DNA from: an uncultured bacterium
GTDB lineage: Bacteria > Actinomycetota > Actinomycetes > Actinomycetales > Microbacteriaceae
Assembly: GCA_963787305.1 (NCBI GenBank)
Contig: CAWBCL010000001.1
Span: 22,724 to 86,723, forward strand
Length of the DNA stretch: 64,000 bases
Direction of reading: 5' to 3'
The notes below the pieces were generated by a model, which searched no databases, was not told the DNA's origin, and saw nothing but the letters and a program-made list of their open reading frames with translations. Shown here in pieces: positions 51,167 to 61,817 of the stretch. Both the position numbers and the translations under genes were made by a program. Position 1 is the stretch's first letter. Every line of letters begins with the position of its first letter.

Positions 51167-52294
51167 CTAGCTCGGGTCGAACCGGAACGAGATTCCGTTG
51201 TGCTCGATCGAAAGGTCTTGCGCCGTCGTCTTCAGGGTGAGGTAGTAGGGCGCCAGATGCATGATTCGGCGACCCTCGGGAAGCGTCATGTCGAGGCTCA
51301 CGGCGACGGCGGTCGCGCCATCCCTCGCCTTTCGCAGATCGACCATGAGCGACTCGCTGTCAGTGCCCGGTGTGTCCAGGATCGCGCGGAGAAGCCCGAG
51401 AAGCGCCGTGCGCTGCGGCGACGTCATCCGTCGCGCGAGGCGATCCGGATCCACGACGACCAGACGGGACTCGCTCGCGATCGAATCCAGCCAGCTGACC
51501 GACGACTGGGTGACGAGTTCGTCCCTCAGTCGGCGAGCGAGCTGTCCGGCGAGCGCCCGGTCGGCCGGGGATACGCGCGCCGACTCCGCTAGGCCGGCCA
51601 GGAAGGGTGCCGCCCGGGCCGTCAAGCGCGCCAGCGTCGCTCGCTCTGCCTCGGCAGCTGCCTCATCCGCCCCCGCGCGACCCGCGACCCGGATGCGCGA
51701 CGAGCGTTCCAGCAGCGGAATCGACGCGCTCACCACGGCATAGCTAAAGGTGACCATTGCAGCCAGGCACAGCGCCGGAGCGGTCGCGATGATCACGGCG
51801 GTGCTGACGCTCCCCCAGTGGGAGGCCGACTCGACCGCCCGGTAGCTGAACGCCACTACGACCACGATCGCCGATCCACCGACAATGAGCAAAATACGGC
51901 CGGGCAGGTACGGACCCAGACTCACTATCGCGAGTCCCATCGCGATCGGTGCCCACCACAGTTCGAGGGGGAACGTCACGGCGCCGTAGCCCAGCGCCGA
52001 GACCGCAACACCGGCCACCGCCACACCGATTGCACCGATCGCCGAAGCCCAGCCGAGTGTTCGCCGAAGCGGCCGGGTCATCCGGTGCACCATGAGCGGC
52101 GCCAGCACGCACAGCGCGAGCGCAAGCAACTGCAACGCCGGGTACCGCGCGACGGTCCAGGTCGCCGCGATGCTGATACCGCCATTGACCAGCACGAGGG
52201 CGGCAAGTGTCAGCGGCACAAACGGTCCGGTGAACCAGCTGAGCGGGTCGACCTGTTGCGCCGAGAGCGTGAAGGGATGCCTACTACGGGCCAT
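51167..52294 (-). CDS. Membrane protein resembling a degenerate sensor kinase
   Basis: About 5-6 TM helices and a cytoplasmic domain without recognisable H/N/G boxes; overlaps the kinase gene stop. Confidence 0.6.
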   Translation of the reverse strand: MARSRHPFTLSAQQVDPLSWFTGPFVPLTLAALVLVNGGISIAATWTVARYPALQLLALALCVLAPLMVHRMTRPLRRTLGWASAIGAIGVAVAGVAVSALGYGAVTFPLELWWAPIAMGLAIVSLGPYLPGRILLIVGGSAIVVVVAFSYRAVESASHWGSVSTAVIIATAPALCLAAMVTFSYAVVSASIPLLERSSRIRVAGRAGADEAAAEAERATLARLTARAAPFLAGLAESARVSPADRALAGQLARRLRDELVTQSSVSWLDSIASESRLVVVDPDRLARRMTSPQRTALLGLLRAILDTPGTDSESLMVDLRKARDGATAVAVSLDMTLPEGRRIMHLAPYYLTLKTTAQDLSIEHNGISFRFDPS

Positions 52295-53540
52295 TGCTCG
52301 CCTCACTCTGGTCGGCATCCCGCTGGTGCGTGGGCTCCTCGTGCTTCGCGAGAATCTCGAGCACGGGAACTCGCATAACGATGGAGGTTCCCATCCCCGG
52401 CGACGACCACACACGCACCGAGCCACCAACGGCTTCGATACGGTCGGTGACGGATGACCGGATTCCCAGCCGGTCGCGCGGAATCTGATCACTGTCGAAC
52501 CCGGCCCCCTGATCGGCCACGATCACCGTGACCTCGCTGTCCGAGTACGCAAGGTCGACCTCGGCGACAGTCGCCCCCGAGTGGCGCAGCACATTTTCGA
52601 GGCAGGCGCGTACGGCATCCACAAGCGCGGTCGCGACGTTAGGAGCAAGGCGGTAGATACCGGTTCCGCTGCCCGTGATGTGCACAGTGAGACCACGCCA
52701 CTGCAGATCACTCATCATGATCATGAGCTGGTTACGTAGCGCGGAATCCTGGTCGTCGAGCGCGATCTGTGCCGACTCCTTGAGCCAGTCGGCGCTCGTG
52801 AGAGTGTCGAGGTCGTGGCGCAATCGGGCCGTCGTGCGCGCGTCGAGCAGGTCCGGCGCGTTCATGACGATCGACAGGTCGTTCAACAGAGTGTCGTGTA
52901 CTGCGGCCGTAACCCGAGCCCGAATGTCCTCCTCGACGCCGGTGAGCCGAGTTTCTTCTTCGAGCTTCTCGAAGTCGGGTACCCGGCGTCGTGCACTGGC
53001 CTGGATGCTGGCGAGGGCGACATAGGACACGACATAGATCGTGAACACCAACGCAGGTCCCCACCCGGGCGTCGGTGGGATGCCGAGGGTCAGGGCGACC
53101 GCCAACGTCACGATCGTCGAGACGACGAATCCGGCGGCGATCCAGACCAGACCGACAATCCAACTCGTTGCTCCGACTGCCACAAGCACAAGTGACACTG
53201 CCGGACGATTGAGCAGGAAGAGTGCGTCATCAAGTGCCGCTGGCACCGCGGCAACGATTATCAGCTGGAAGGCGAATGCCCCGAGTGCGCCAACCGCGAG
53301 GAACGTTGCGACGATCCAGCGGCGCGGCCGCAGCGCCGCAGCGACAGCGAGACCGATCATGACGAGCAGGATCGCGAGAGGCGCAGTGATCGCCGCGGCC
53401 TGACCGCGCGACACGAGGTACTCAATCAATACCGGGATGCCAATGATGAGGTTGAGCGCGTTGGCCGCCCAGGCGCTGCGGCCGGTCGCTCCCGTGATCA
53501 CGCGAGCCGCGTCATCCCGAGGCAGCACCGCCAGACGCAC
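52284..53540 (-). CDS. Membrane sensor histidine kinase (HisKA_3-like + HATPase_c)
   Basis: VHDTLLN H-box, ENVLRHS N-box, DQGAGF, LGI, PGMGT. Confidence 0.82.
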   Translation of the reverse strand: MRLAVLPRDDAARVITGATGRSAWAANALNLIIGIPVLIEYLVSRGQAAAITAPLAILLVMIGLAVAAALRPRRWIVATFLAVGALGAFAFQLIIVAAVPAALDDALFLLNRPAVSLVLVAVGATSWIVGLVWIAAGFVVSTIVTLAVALTLGIPPTPGWGPALVFTIYVVSYVALASIQASARRRVPDFEKLEEETRLTGVEEDIRARVTAAVHDTLLNDLSIVMNAPDLLDARTTARLRHDLDTLTSADWLKESAQIALDDQDSALRNQLMIMMSDLQWRGLTVHITGSGTGIYRLAPNVATALVDAVRACLENVLRHSGATVAEVDLAYSDSEVTVIVADQGAGFDSDQIPRDRLGIRSSVTDRIEAVGGSVRVWSSPGMGTSIVMRVPVLEILAKHEEPTHQRDADQSEASNGP

Positions 53541-53551
53541 GTCGTGCCTCG

Positions 53552-54088
53552 CTACAGGGTCTGCGCGTACTGCGCGAGGGCCGGGTCGCCGATGACGACG
53601 ACAAAGAATCCGAGGGTGAGGACGATCGCGGCGACGACACCCGCAGCGAGCGGCACCCAGAAGGCTCGCTTGCCCTGCGCGATGAGCCGCACCGACAAAC
53701 CGATCGCGACCAACAGAATGATCACGCGAGCGACGTTCTGCACCGTTCCCATGGCGTTGGCCGCCGCGTCGGAGGTGAACTCGCCGTAGCCCATCTGCGC
53801 GTACGCCTCGTGAAAGATCACCGCAAATGACTCGAACTGGCCGAAGCGCAGCACCACGTCGATGAGTCCAATGCCGAGCAGAAACACGGTGAGCACGATG
53901 TCACCGGTGCGACGCGGAGCCGGGTGCTGCGATTGCGCACTCCGCTCTGCCGGGCGGTGCGGCCCGGTCGGGGCGAGATCGGCGGCGGGCGCCACGAGGG
54001 GCGGCGGCGCGTCAGAGTATTGGCCCCACCGCGGCTCTGGCCGTGGGTCCGTCCGGGGGTCGGGTCCCTGATCGATCGGCTCAGACAT
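53552..54088 (-). CDS. Membrane protein, DUF6264-like
   Basis: PEPRWGQY N-terminal motif and three TM helices; ATG 54088 overlaps the ispH end. Confidence 0.65.
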   Translation of the reverse strand: MSEPIDQGPDPRTDPRPEPRWGQYSDAPPPLVAPAADLAPTGPHRPAERSAQSQHPAPRRTGDIVLTVFLLGIGLIDVVLRFGQFESFAVIFHEAYAQMGYGEFTSDAAANAMGTVQNVARVIILLVAIGLSVRLIAQGKRAFWVPLAAGVVAAIVLTLGFFVVVIGDPALAQYAQTL

Positions 54089-55178
54089 TGCCGCGCTGCC
54101 AGTCCAACTGCCGGGTGCGACCGCCGAGACCGCGCGAGTCGGGGTTACCTGCCGAGTCGGTGCGCAACTCCTTCGGCAGCGAGAACATGAGGTCTTCCTC
54201 GGCGGTAACGACTGCGCTGACGTCACGGTAGCCGGCGTCGGCAAGATCGTCGAGCACCTCCTGCACGAGAACCTCAGGCACCGATGCCCCGCTGCTCACA
54301 CCCACCGTCGCGACACCGTCGAGCCACTCCTGCTTGATCTCGCTGGCATAGTCGACCCGATAGGCCGCCTTCGCACCGTTCTCGAGCGCGACATCCACGA
54401 GTCGAACCGTGTTGGAGCTGTTTGCGCTTCCGACAACGATGACGAGTTCCGCCTCCTCCGCGACCTTCTTGATCGCGACTTGCCGGTTCTGGGTGGCGTA
54501 GCAGATGTCGTCGCTCGGCGGATCCTGGAGCGTGGGAAAGCGCTCGCGCAGGAGGCGAACGGTCTCCATCGTCTCGTCCACGCTGAGTGTGGTCTGCGAG
54601 AGCCAGACCAGACGATCTGGATTCTTCACCACGATGTTCGGCACGTCCGCCGGGCTGTTGACGAGGGTCGTGCGCTCGGGCGCGTGACCCATCGTGCCCT
54701 CCACCTCCTCGTGGCCGTGGTGGCCGATGAGCAGAATTTCGTAGTCGTCGCGCGCGAATCGAGTCGCCTCACGGTGCACCTTGGTGACGAGCGGACAGGT
54801 CGCATCGATCGCGTGAAGGTTGCGATCGGCGGCGCCCTGAACCACTGCGGGCGACACCCCGTGTGCGCTGAAAACGATGTGGGCACCCTCCGGCACCTCG
54901 TCGACGTCGTCAACAAAGACGGCGCCCTGGCTCTCCAAGGTCGTCACGACGTGGATGTTGTGCACGATTTGCTTGCGCACGTACACGGGTGCCCCGTAGT
55001 TCTGCAGCGCCTTCTCGACGGCGATGACCGCGCGATCCACGCCCGCGCAATAGCCTCGCGGCGCGGCAAGCAGCACCCGCTTGGCACCCTCGACCGGGGT
55101 ATCCTTGAGCCTGTTGCGCTGGGCCGGCATGCGCGGCGTTTCTAACGCCGTGACGGTGCCGTTTGAGATGGTACTCAC
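54081..55178 (-). CDS. ispH: 4-hydroxy-3-methylbut-2-enyl diphosphate reductase
   Basis: [49 protein letters not shown]; start at 55178 or 55130. Confidence 0.96.
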   Translation of the reverse strand: MSTISNGTVTALETPRMPAQRNRLKDTPVEGAKRVLLAAPRGYCAGVDRAVIAVEKALQNYGAPVYVRKQIVHNIHVVTTLESQGAVFVDDVDEVPEGAHIVFSAHGVSPAVVQGAADRNLHAIDATCPLVTKVHREATRFARDDYEILLIGHHGHEEVEGTMGHAPERTTLVNSPADVPNIVVKNPDRLVWLSQTTLSVDETMETVRLLRERFPTLQDPPSDDICYATQNRQVAIKKVAEEAELVIVVGSANSSNTVRLVDVALENGAKAAYRVDYASEIKQEWLDGVATVGVSSGASVPEVLVQEVLDDLADAGYRDVSAVVTAEEDLMFSLPKELRTDSAGNPDSRGLGGRTRQLDWQRGNV

Positions 55179-55223
55179 GCCACCAATTCTAGGCGGCACA
55201 GCGAGCAGCACCGCGGGAGGACG

Positions 55224-56435
55224 ATGATGGCAGCCGACGAAGCACCATCCACCGCGGATGCACCGTGGCCGGTCGCGCTGCTGTCGAACAAGATCAAGGG
55301 CTGGATCGAGCGTCTCGGCACCGCGTGGGTCGAAGGCGAAATCACCCAGTGGGGCGTCTCCGGCGGCAACGTTTACGGCAAACTCAAAGACCTTGAGGTC
55401 GACGCGACAGTCTCCTTCAACGTCTGGTCGTCCGTGCGATCCAAGCTCCCGGATGACCTCAAACAGGGCGACCGAGTCGTCGCGCTGGTCAAACCGAACT
55501 ACTGGGTCAAGGGCGGCAGCCTCAGCATGCAGGTGTTCGAGATGCGGCACGTCGGGCTCGGCGACCTGCTCGAGCGGCTCGAGCGGCTGCGTCAGAAACT
55601 CAAAGCCGAAGGCCTGTTCGACGCCAAGAAGCCGCTCCCCTTCCTGCCCGGCTGCATCGGGCTGGTCACCGGAAAAGACAGCGACGCCGAGAAAGACGTG
55701 CTGCGCAACGCCCAACTGCGCTGGCCCGCCGTGAAGTTTCGGGTCGTCCACGCCGCGGTGCAGGGCGACCGCGCGGTCGCCGAGGTGATCTCGGCCATCC
55801 AGGTGCTCGACGCCGACCCCGAGGTCGAGGTCATCATCGTCGCCCGCGGAGGTGGTGACTTCCAGAACCTGCTGGTGTTCAGCGACGAAGCGCTCGTGCG
55901 AGCGGCCGCCGCCTGCCAGACGCCGCTGGTGTCTGCGATCGGGCACGAGGCCGACCGACCCCTGCTCGACGAGGTCGCCGACCTGCGGGCATCCACCCCG
56001 ACGGATGCCGCGAAGCGAGTGGTCCCCGACGTCGCCGAGGAGCTCGCCCGGGTGCAGCAGGCACGGGCGTCCGCGCGCTTGCGGATCACCCAGCGCCTGA
56101 CCACGGAACTCGATCGACTTGTCGCTCTGCGCTCCCGGCCGGTGCTCGCGACATCCACCTGGATCGTCGACTCCCGCTCGGAAGACCTCGGCCGCTATGT
56201 CACCCGCAGTCGCGATCTGGTCGAACGAGTCATCGAGCGAAGCCACACCCAGATCGGCGAGCTCACGGCACAACTTCGCGCCCTGTCGCCGCAGCGAACG
56301 CTCGCGCGCGGCTACGCGATCGCCCAGCTTAGCGATGGTCGGGCGCTTCGCCTCGCCGCCGACGCGCCGGCGGGAACACCCCTCACCCTCACCGTTTCCG
56401 ATGGTCGAATCTCGGCCACGGTCGACCCCGGATAG
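55224..56435 (+). CDS. xseA: Exodeoxyribonuclease VII large subunit
   Basis: [38 protein letters not shown]. Confidence 0.95.
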   Translation: MMAADEAPSTADAPWPVALLSNKIKGWIERLGTAWVEGEITQWGVSGGNVYGKLKDLEVDATVSFNVWSSVRSKLPDDLKQGDRVVALVKPNYWVKGGSLSMQVFEMRHVGLGDLLERLERLRQKLKAEGLFDAKKPLPFLPGCIGLVTGKDSDAEKDVLRNAQLRWPAVKFRVVHAAVQGDRAVAEVISAIQVLDADPEVEVIIVARGGGDFQNLLVFSDEALVRAAAACQTPLVSAIGHEADRPLLDEVADLRASTPTDAAKRVVPDVAEELARVQQARASARLRITQRLTTELDRLVALRSRPVLATSTWIVDSRSEDLGRYVTRSRDLVERVIERSHTQIGELTAQLRALSPQRTLARGYAIAQLSDGRALRLAADAPAGTPLTLTVSDGRISATVDPG

Positions 56436-56444
56436 GATTCATTC

Positions 56445-56663
56445 GTGGCTAGCACACCCCCAACGTCCGTCGATGACCTGAGCTATGAGCAGGCGCGAGA
56501 CGAGCTCATGCAGGTCGTCGCCGAGCTCGAGCAGGGCTCCGTCAGCCTCGAGGAGTCGCTCGCCCTGTGGGAGCGCGGCGAAGCACTCGCCGGTCGGTGC
56601 GAGGAGTGGCTCAAGGGCGCGAAGGCGCGGCTCGAGGCGGCACGCTCGGCCGCGACCGACTAG
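56445..56663 (+). CDS. xseB: Exodeoxyribonuclease VII small subunit
   Basis: [29 protein letters not shown]. Confidence 0.93.
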   Translation: MASTPPTSVDDLSYEQARDELMQVVAELEQGSVSLEESLALWERGEALAGRCEEWLKGAKARLEAARSAATD

Positions 56664-56665
56664 CG

Positions 56666-57310
56666 ATGGCGGCCAAGAACATGGCTACTGAAGAGCCGGC
56701 GATTGTCGCCGAACTCGGGCGTCCGGAGACTCCGGAAGAGACCGCAGCGCGCAAGGCCGAGAACTCGCGCAGGCATCGCTCGAGTCAAACCGCCGTCAAT
56801 CTCGTCATCGCCACACTCGCGTCACTTCTTATCGTGCTCTTCCTCGTCGCGGTGGTCGTGCGACCCACGCCGGAGCCCGCGCCGCCCATCGACTACGCCG
56901 CGATCGCGAGCGACGCACAGTCGCAGTCGAGCGAGCCGCTCGTGGTGCCGGTGCTCGACTCGAGCTGGGCCGCGAACAGCGCACGCTTCGACGTGCGCAA
57001 CGAGGTGCCGACCTGGTACATCGGGTTCGTGACGCCCGGAATCCAGTTCATCGCCCTGAATCAGGGAATCGGCGGCAACCCTTCCTGGCTGTCCACCCTG
57101 CTCGATGGCGCACAGCAGACCGACACCGTGACAATCGACGGCGTGCAGTGGGCGGTCTACGACCAGCGCGATCGACGGGATGCCGGCAACTTCGCGTTCG
57201 CCATGGCCACAACCAGCGGCGGCAGCACGATAGTACTCAATGGCACAGCCGATGACTCCGAGTTCGGGCTGCTGGCCTCATCCATCGCGTCAGAACTGGA
57301 GCACCAATGA
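56666..57310 (+). CDS. DUF4245-like membrane-anchored protein
   Basis: VAELGRPETPEETAARK, single TM, W.ANSAR..WYIGFVTP; usual neighbour of xseB. Confidence 0.75.
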   Translation: MAAKNMATEEPAIVAELGRPETPEETAARKAENSRRHRSSQTAVNLVIATLASLLIVLFLVAVVVRPTPEPAPPIDYAAIASDAQSQSSEPLVVPVLDSSWAANSARFDVRNEVPTWYIGFVTPGIQFIALNQGIGGNPSWLSTLLDGAQQTDTVTIDGVQWAVYDQRDRRDAGNFAFAMATTSGGSTIVLNGTADDSEFGLLASSIASELEHQ

Positions 57311-57945
57311 GCAAGACACGCCGCACCCCCGGCCAGGTGTGGAACGAGATGCTGCGCGGAAACGAGCGCTTCGTCGCTGGCGAGCCGCAGCATCCGCGTC
57401 AGGATGTCGAGCGTCGCCAGGAACTGGCCCTCGCGCAGACCCCGCACGCGGCGCTCTTCGGCTGCAGCGACTCGCGCCTCGCGGCCGAGATCATTTTCGA
57501 CAAGGGCATCGGCGACCTGTTCGTCGTGCGAAACGCCGGCCAGGTCATCTCCGACTCGGTGCTCGGCTCGCTGGAGTACGCGGTCAGCGTTCTCGACGTT
57601 CCGCTCATCGTCGTGCTCGGCCATGACAGCTGTGGTGCCGTGCTCGCGGCGATCGCCGCCGAGGGCGAGGATGCCCCGACCCTGCCGCCGCACATCGGTG
57701 GCATCATCGCCAAGATCACCCCGGCCGTGCGCCGCGTCGTGAAGGCGCAGGATGTCACCGACCCGACGGCCGCGGACGATCAGGAGGTCGGCCGCGAACA
57801 CCTGCGAGACACGATTGCCGAACTGATCGATTCATCCGAACTCATCAGCGACGCGATCGCCGCGGGTACGCTGGCAGTCGTCGGAGCGAACTACCGTCTT
57901 CTCGAGGGTCGCGCGGTTCCCGACGTTATCGTCGGTGCGGTCTGA
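57307..57945 (+). CDS. Beta-class carbonic anhydrase
   Basis: GNERF, GCSDSR, DLFVVRNAG, LGHDSCGAV. Confidence 0.93.
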   Translation: MSKTRRTPGQVWNEMLRGNERFVAGEPQHPRQDVERRQELALAQTPHAALFGCSDSRLAAEIIFDKGIGDLFVVRNAGQVISDSVLGSLEYAVSVLDVPLIVVLGHDSCGAVLAAIAAEGEDAPTLPPHIGGIIAKITPAVRRVVKAQDVTDPTAADDQEVGREHLRDTIAELIDSSELISDAIAAGTLAVVGANYRLLEGRAVPDVIVGAV

Positions 57946-58005
57946 CCGCCCGCCACCCCACCACTTCTCCACTGATCGACCAGGCAACCAAAGGATGACA
58001 CCGGC

Positions 58006-59400
58006 GTGAGTACCCCCGAGTTCCGTATCGAGCACGACACGATGGGCGAGGTGCGGGTTCCCGTCGACGCCCTCTACGGGGCGCAGACGCAGCGCGCCGT
58101 GGAGAACTTCCCGATTTCGGGCACCGGCCTCGAACGGGGACAGATCGTCGCCTTGGCACGCATCAAACGGGCGGCCGCGATCGTCAACGCCGAACTCGGT
58201 GTGCTCGATCAGGGCATCGCCGACGCGATTGCCGGTGCCGCCGAACTGCTCATCTCCGGTGAACACCACGACCAGTTCCCGATCGACACCTACCAGACCG
58301 GTAGCGGCACCTCGTCGAACATGAACATGAACGAGGTGCTGGCACACCTCGCGACGGGCATTCTTGGCGCCCCGGTGCATCCCAACGACCACGTCAACGC
58401 GTCGCAGTCGTCGAACGATGTGTTCCCCACCAGCGTGCACCTCGCTGTGACGGGCGCGCTGATCCACGACCTGATCCCGGCGCTCGACCACCTCGCCGAC
58501 GCGCTCGACGTGAAGGCGACGCTCTGGAAGGATGCCGTCAAGCCGGGTCGTACCCACCTGATGGATGCGACGCCCGTCACGCTCGGACAGGAGTTCGCCG
58601 GGTACGCCCGTCAGATTCGTCTGGGCATCCAGCGGGTACAGTCGGCAATCCCTCGCGTCGCCGAGGTGCCGCTGGGCGGCACCGCCACAGGAACCGGCAT
58701 CAACACCCCGCTCGGCTTCCCGCAGCGCGTCATCGCCGTTCTCGCCGAGGACTCCGGTCTGCCGATCACCGAGGCGGAAGATCACTTCGAGGCGCAGGGA
58801 GCGCGGGATGGGCTGGTCGAGGCATCCGGCGCGCTTCGCGTCATCGCGGTCAGCTTGACGAAGATCTGCAACGACCTGCGCTGGATGGGCTCGGGCCCGA
58901 ACACGGGGCTCGGCGAGCTGCACATCCCCGACCTTCAGCCAGGATCATCGATCATGCCGGGCAAGGTGAACCCGGTGATTCCGGAGGCGGTGCTGATGGT
59001 GTGCGCCAGGGTGATCGGAAACGACGCGACAATCGCGTGGGCCGGTGCGTCGGGAAGCTTCGAGTTGAACGTCGCGATCCCAGTGATGGGAACCTCTCTG
59101 CTTGAGTCAATCCGCTTGCTCAGCAACTCGACCATCGCACTCGCCGACAAGACTGTCGCGGGCCTTGAGGCGAATCTGGTGCGGGCGCGGGCGCTGGCCG
59201 AGTCGTCGCCGTCGATCGTCACGCCGCTCAACAAGATCATTGGCTACGAGTCGGCGGCGAAGATCGCCAAGCACTCGGTGGCGAAGGGCATCACGGTGCG
59301 TGAGGCCGTCATCGATCTCGGCTTCGTGGATCGCGGCGAGATCACTGTCGAGCAGCTGGATGCCGCGCTCGACGTAATGAAGATGACCCACCCGGGTTAG
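58006..59400 (+). CDS. fumC: Fumarate hydratase class II
   Basis: [30 protein letters not shown]. Confidence 0.96.
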   Translation: MSTPEFRIEHDTMGEVRVPVDALYGAQTQRAVENFPISGTGLERGQIVALARIKRAAAIVNAELGVLDQGIADAIAGAAELLISGEHHDQFPIDTYQTGSGTSSNMNMNEVLAHLATGILGAPVHPNDHVNASQSSNDVFPTSVHLAVTGALIHDLIPALDHLADALDVKATLWKDAVKPGRTHLMDATPVTLGQEFAGYARQIRLGIQRVQSAIPRVAEVPLGGTATGTGINTPLGFPQRVIAVLAEDSGLPITEAEDHFEAQGARDGLVEASGALRVIAVSLTKICNDLRWMGSGPNTGLGELHIPDLQPGSSIMPGKVNPVIPEAVLMVCARVIGNDATIAWAGASGSFELNVAIPVMGTSLLESIRLLSNSTIALADKTVAGLEANLVRARALAESSPSIVTPLNKIIGYESAAKIAKHSVAKGITVREAVIDLGFVDRGEITVEQLDAALDVMKMTHPG

Positions 59401-59497
59401 CCTCGGCGAGCTCATACGATGTCGCGCAGGGCAGCCGCGCGCTGAGACCTGATCCGTGGCCGCCGGACAAACCTGAACCCGCGCCGCCGCGCAAGCC

Positions 59498-60964
59498 TCA
59501 GCCTGCGGTGTGGCGCTGTTGCGCGAGGAGTCGGCGTAGGGCTGCGCTCTTGGTGGGTGTGGGTATGGGTTTCCGTTTTGGGTCGACTCTTGCGGGTGGG
59601 ATGAATCGTGTGCCGCGGTTATCGCGGATGATGTCCCAGCCGTTGTTGTGCACGAGCATGTGGTGATGTCGGCACAGCAGTAGTCCGCGTTTGAGATCTG
59701 TTGTGCCGTGGTCTCTGACCCAGTGGTCGATGTGGTGCATTTCGCACCAGTCGGGTGGGCGGTCGCAGTCGCCGAACTGGCATCCGCCGTCCCGGGCGGC
59801 GAGAGCAATGCTGTGGCGGGAGGTGAATAGTCGTTGTTCACGTCCGAGGTTCATGGCTTCGCCGTCGTCGTCGAAGCGCACCGGGACAATTCCGGTGGTG
59901 CAGGCGTATCGTTCGATCGTGTTGACGCTGACTCGTTCGGTTTGCCCTTCGATGTAGCCGATGCCGCGTCGGGCCCGCAGGTCGGTGTCGGTGACGAGTA
60001 GTTTGATCGCTGGACGCTTCGCCCCCAACACCACGGTGGCGTCGGCGGCGGTGCCGATGCGAATCAACTCGACGAACGCGTCGAGCACGAACTGTTCGGT
60101 GGTGCGCTCATCCGCAGCTACGGCTTCGGCCCTGGCAGCACGCTGCGGGTCAACAAACCGCGGCCCACCCCTCCGCGGCGAGGTGACCGCGTCGAAGGTG
60201 GCGGTCACGATCGCCGCCGACTCCGGATCCAACAACCCCGACAGTCGCGTCATCCCATCCGCCTGCCGGTACAGGTGCAGGAACCTCTTCGACCGCAGAA
60301 ACTCTTCGCGTTCAGCAACCCGATCCAAATCCAGCTCGAGGCGCAATTCCCGGGCCCGGGCGGCAAGCTTCTCTACCGTCACCATCTGTGCCTCGACCAA
60401 CAACGCCCCGGCGGCCGCAGTCAACGCCTCGACGGTGACCACTGCGTCGGGTTCACCGAGACCTGCCCGAATCGCCTCCGCCGCCTCGACCGACAGCTCA
60501 CCGGCCGCGACCGCGTGACCGACCACCCGCAACCACGGCGTCAAATCGCTCTCGACCGGATCCAGCACCGGCGACGCCATCAGCCCACCGACCCGCACCA
60601 GCGTGCCTGCCTCCCGCGCACTGATTCCGGTCACCCGTTGCACCAGCTTCTCCGGGGTGCGCGCCCCTAACCGTTGCGCCAGCCCGTCACCACCGAACTC
60701 CGGGAGCGAGCGACGCATCACCTCCGCCGCGAACGCCGCCGACGCGGCATCCACCCGCCGGCGAATCTGCGCCACCATCCCCTGCGCCCTGAGCAGCGCC
60801 TCATCGCCGAGCACCGCGGCGTCCGGCGGCGCGAACGGCAACGACAGATCCGCCAAGCCCAAGAAGTCGAGACTTGAGACCGACGCAGCGACAGGGTCCG
60901 ACGCGACCCCACGCACAGCCGACACCGCCGCCGCAGCGGGGAGGTGATCGGCCAACAGGGTCAT
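59498..60964 (-). CDS. DUF222 + HNH endonuclease (13E12-repeat family)
   Basis: LGREQRLF...ALAARDGGCQFGDC...CEMHHIDHW..G.TD...LLCRHHH. Confidence 0.9.
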   Translation of the reverse strand: MTLLADHLPAAAAVSAVRGVASDPVAASVSSLDFLGLADLSLPFAPPDAAVLGDEALLRAQGMVAQIRRRVDAASAAFAAEVMRRSLPEFGGDGLAQRLGARTPEKLVQRVTGISAREAGTLVRVGGLMASPVLDPVESDLTPWLRVVGHAVAAGELSVEAAEAIRAGLGEPDAVVTVEALTAAAGALLVEAQMVTVEKLAARARELRLELDLDRVAEREEFLRSKRFLHLYRQADGMTRLSGLLDPESAAIVTATFDAVTSPRRGGPRFVDPQRAARAEAVAADERTTEQFVLDAFVELIRIGTAADATVVLGAKRPAIKLLVTDTDLRARRGIGYIEGQTERVSVNTIERYACTTGIVPVRFDDDGEAMNLGREQRLFTSRHSIALAARDGGCQFGDCDRPPDWCEMHHIDHWVRDHGTTDLKRGLLLCRHHHMLVHNNGWDIIRDNRGTRFIPPARVDPKRKPIPTPTKSAALRRLLAQQRHTAG

Positions 60965-60983
60965 GAAGCCATCCTCCCAAGAT

Positions 60984-60999
60984 TAGAACTGGTGTTCTA
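60984..60999. promoter_or_regulatory. LexA SOS (Cheo-type) box
   Basis: TAGAAC-TGGT-GTTCTA palindrome 19 nt upstream of the HNH start; actinobacterial consensus TCGAAC-N4-GTTCGA. Confidence 0.75.
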
Positions 61000-61082
61000 G
61001 TGCCGGAGCGACAGTCGTGGAGAACTCGTTGCCCGGGCCGGTATGGAGGAGACGAGCGACCACGAGCAGGGTGCCGTGGATC

Positions 61083-61120
61083 GGTTTCGATGCGCCCTGG
61101 TCGACAGCTACTCAGCCGGT
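61083..61120 (+). repeat. REP-like element copy C, overlapping the prepilin peptidase stop codon
   Basis: GGTTTCGATGCGCCCTGGTCGACAGCTACTCAGCCGGT; same arms as the gcvP copies. Confidence 0.45.
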
Positions 61121-61692
61121 AGCGCCGGCGGGCCAGAGACGACTACGGCGATCCAGAAACCCGCGAGCAGAAACGGCCCGAACGGGATACTCGCACCGCG
61201 CCCTCCTCGCATGGCACCGATTGCGGCCACCCCGCCCAACAGAAACGCCACCACCGGCGACACGACCGCTGCGGTTGGTCCCACGAGCCCCGCGGCAAGC
61301 CCGAGCACTCCCGCCAGTTTCACGTCGCCCATGCCCATGCCGCCCGCGGCCGCGAAGGCGAGCATGAACACGAAGTACCCGGCGCCGGAGACGAGTGCGA
61401 CGACGGGGACCTCGCCCGAGACAATCCAGTGCGCGGCACTACCCGCGGTCGCCACCAGATACCCGGGCAACACCAAACGATTCGGCAGCCTGCGCTCGAT
61501 CGCATCGATCGCGCACAGCGCGGGGGTGACCGCCGCGAGGAAGATGAGGGGCACGGCTCGGGCGTCGAGGCCGGTGGCGACCGCCGCGACGACTGCCAGC
61601 ACTGCTGCCGCCGGAAACTCCCACCATCCGCGCGCCGCGACCGAACGCGACGACAGGTCGGCTGGCACGGGAGACGATGCGAGGCTCGACAT
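61108..61692 (-). CDS. Prepilin peptidase (A24 family)
   Basis: IDAIERRLPN, GMGMGDVKLA, IPFGPFL; ATG 61692. Confidence 0.85.
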   Translation of the reverse strand: MSSLASSPVPADLSSRSVAARGWWEFPAAAVLAVVAAVATGLDARAVPLIFLAAVTPALCAIDAIERRLPNRLVLPGYLVATAGSAAHWIVSGEVPVVALVSGAGYFVFMLAFAAAGGMGMGDVKLAGVLGLAAGLVGPTAAVVSPVVAFLLGGVAAIGAMRGGRGASIPFGPFLLAGFWIAVVVSGPPALPAE

Positions 61693-61733
61693 GCGGCAGA
61701 GCGTAGCGCCAGGCCTGAAAGGCCCGCCAGAGA

Positions 61734-61817
61734 AGTGCACAGCGCCTAGTGCACAGCGCCAAGTTCACGGCGCAAAGTTCACGGCGCGAGGTGCACAACC
61801 CCTAGCGCATAGCCTCG
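61734..61817 (+). repeat. Degenerate 14-bp tandem array x6
   Basis: AGTGCACAGCGCCT / AGTGCACAGCGCCA / AGTTCACGGCGCAA / AGTTCACGGCGCGA / GGTGCACAACCCCT / AGCGCATAGCCTCG. Confidence 0.8.

Noticed and set aside
54081-56273. 730-aa IspH, and similarly extended TatB, binding-protein, DapC and GcvT ORFs, as fusion proteins
   Set aside because: The extensions overlap divergent genes, promoters or the riboswitch; conserved domains start at the downstream codons given in the features.
61734-61817. 14-bp array as a mini-CRISPR or guide array
   Set aside because: The units are contiguous with no unique spacers, too short, and have no associated effector gene.
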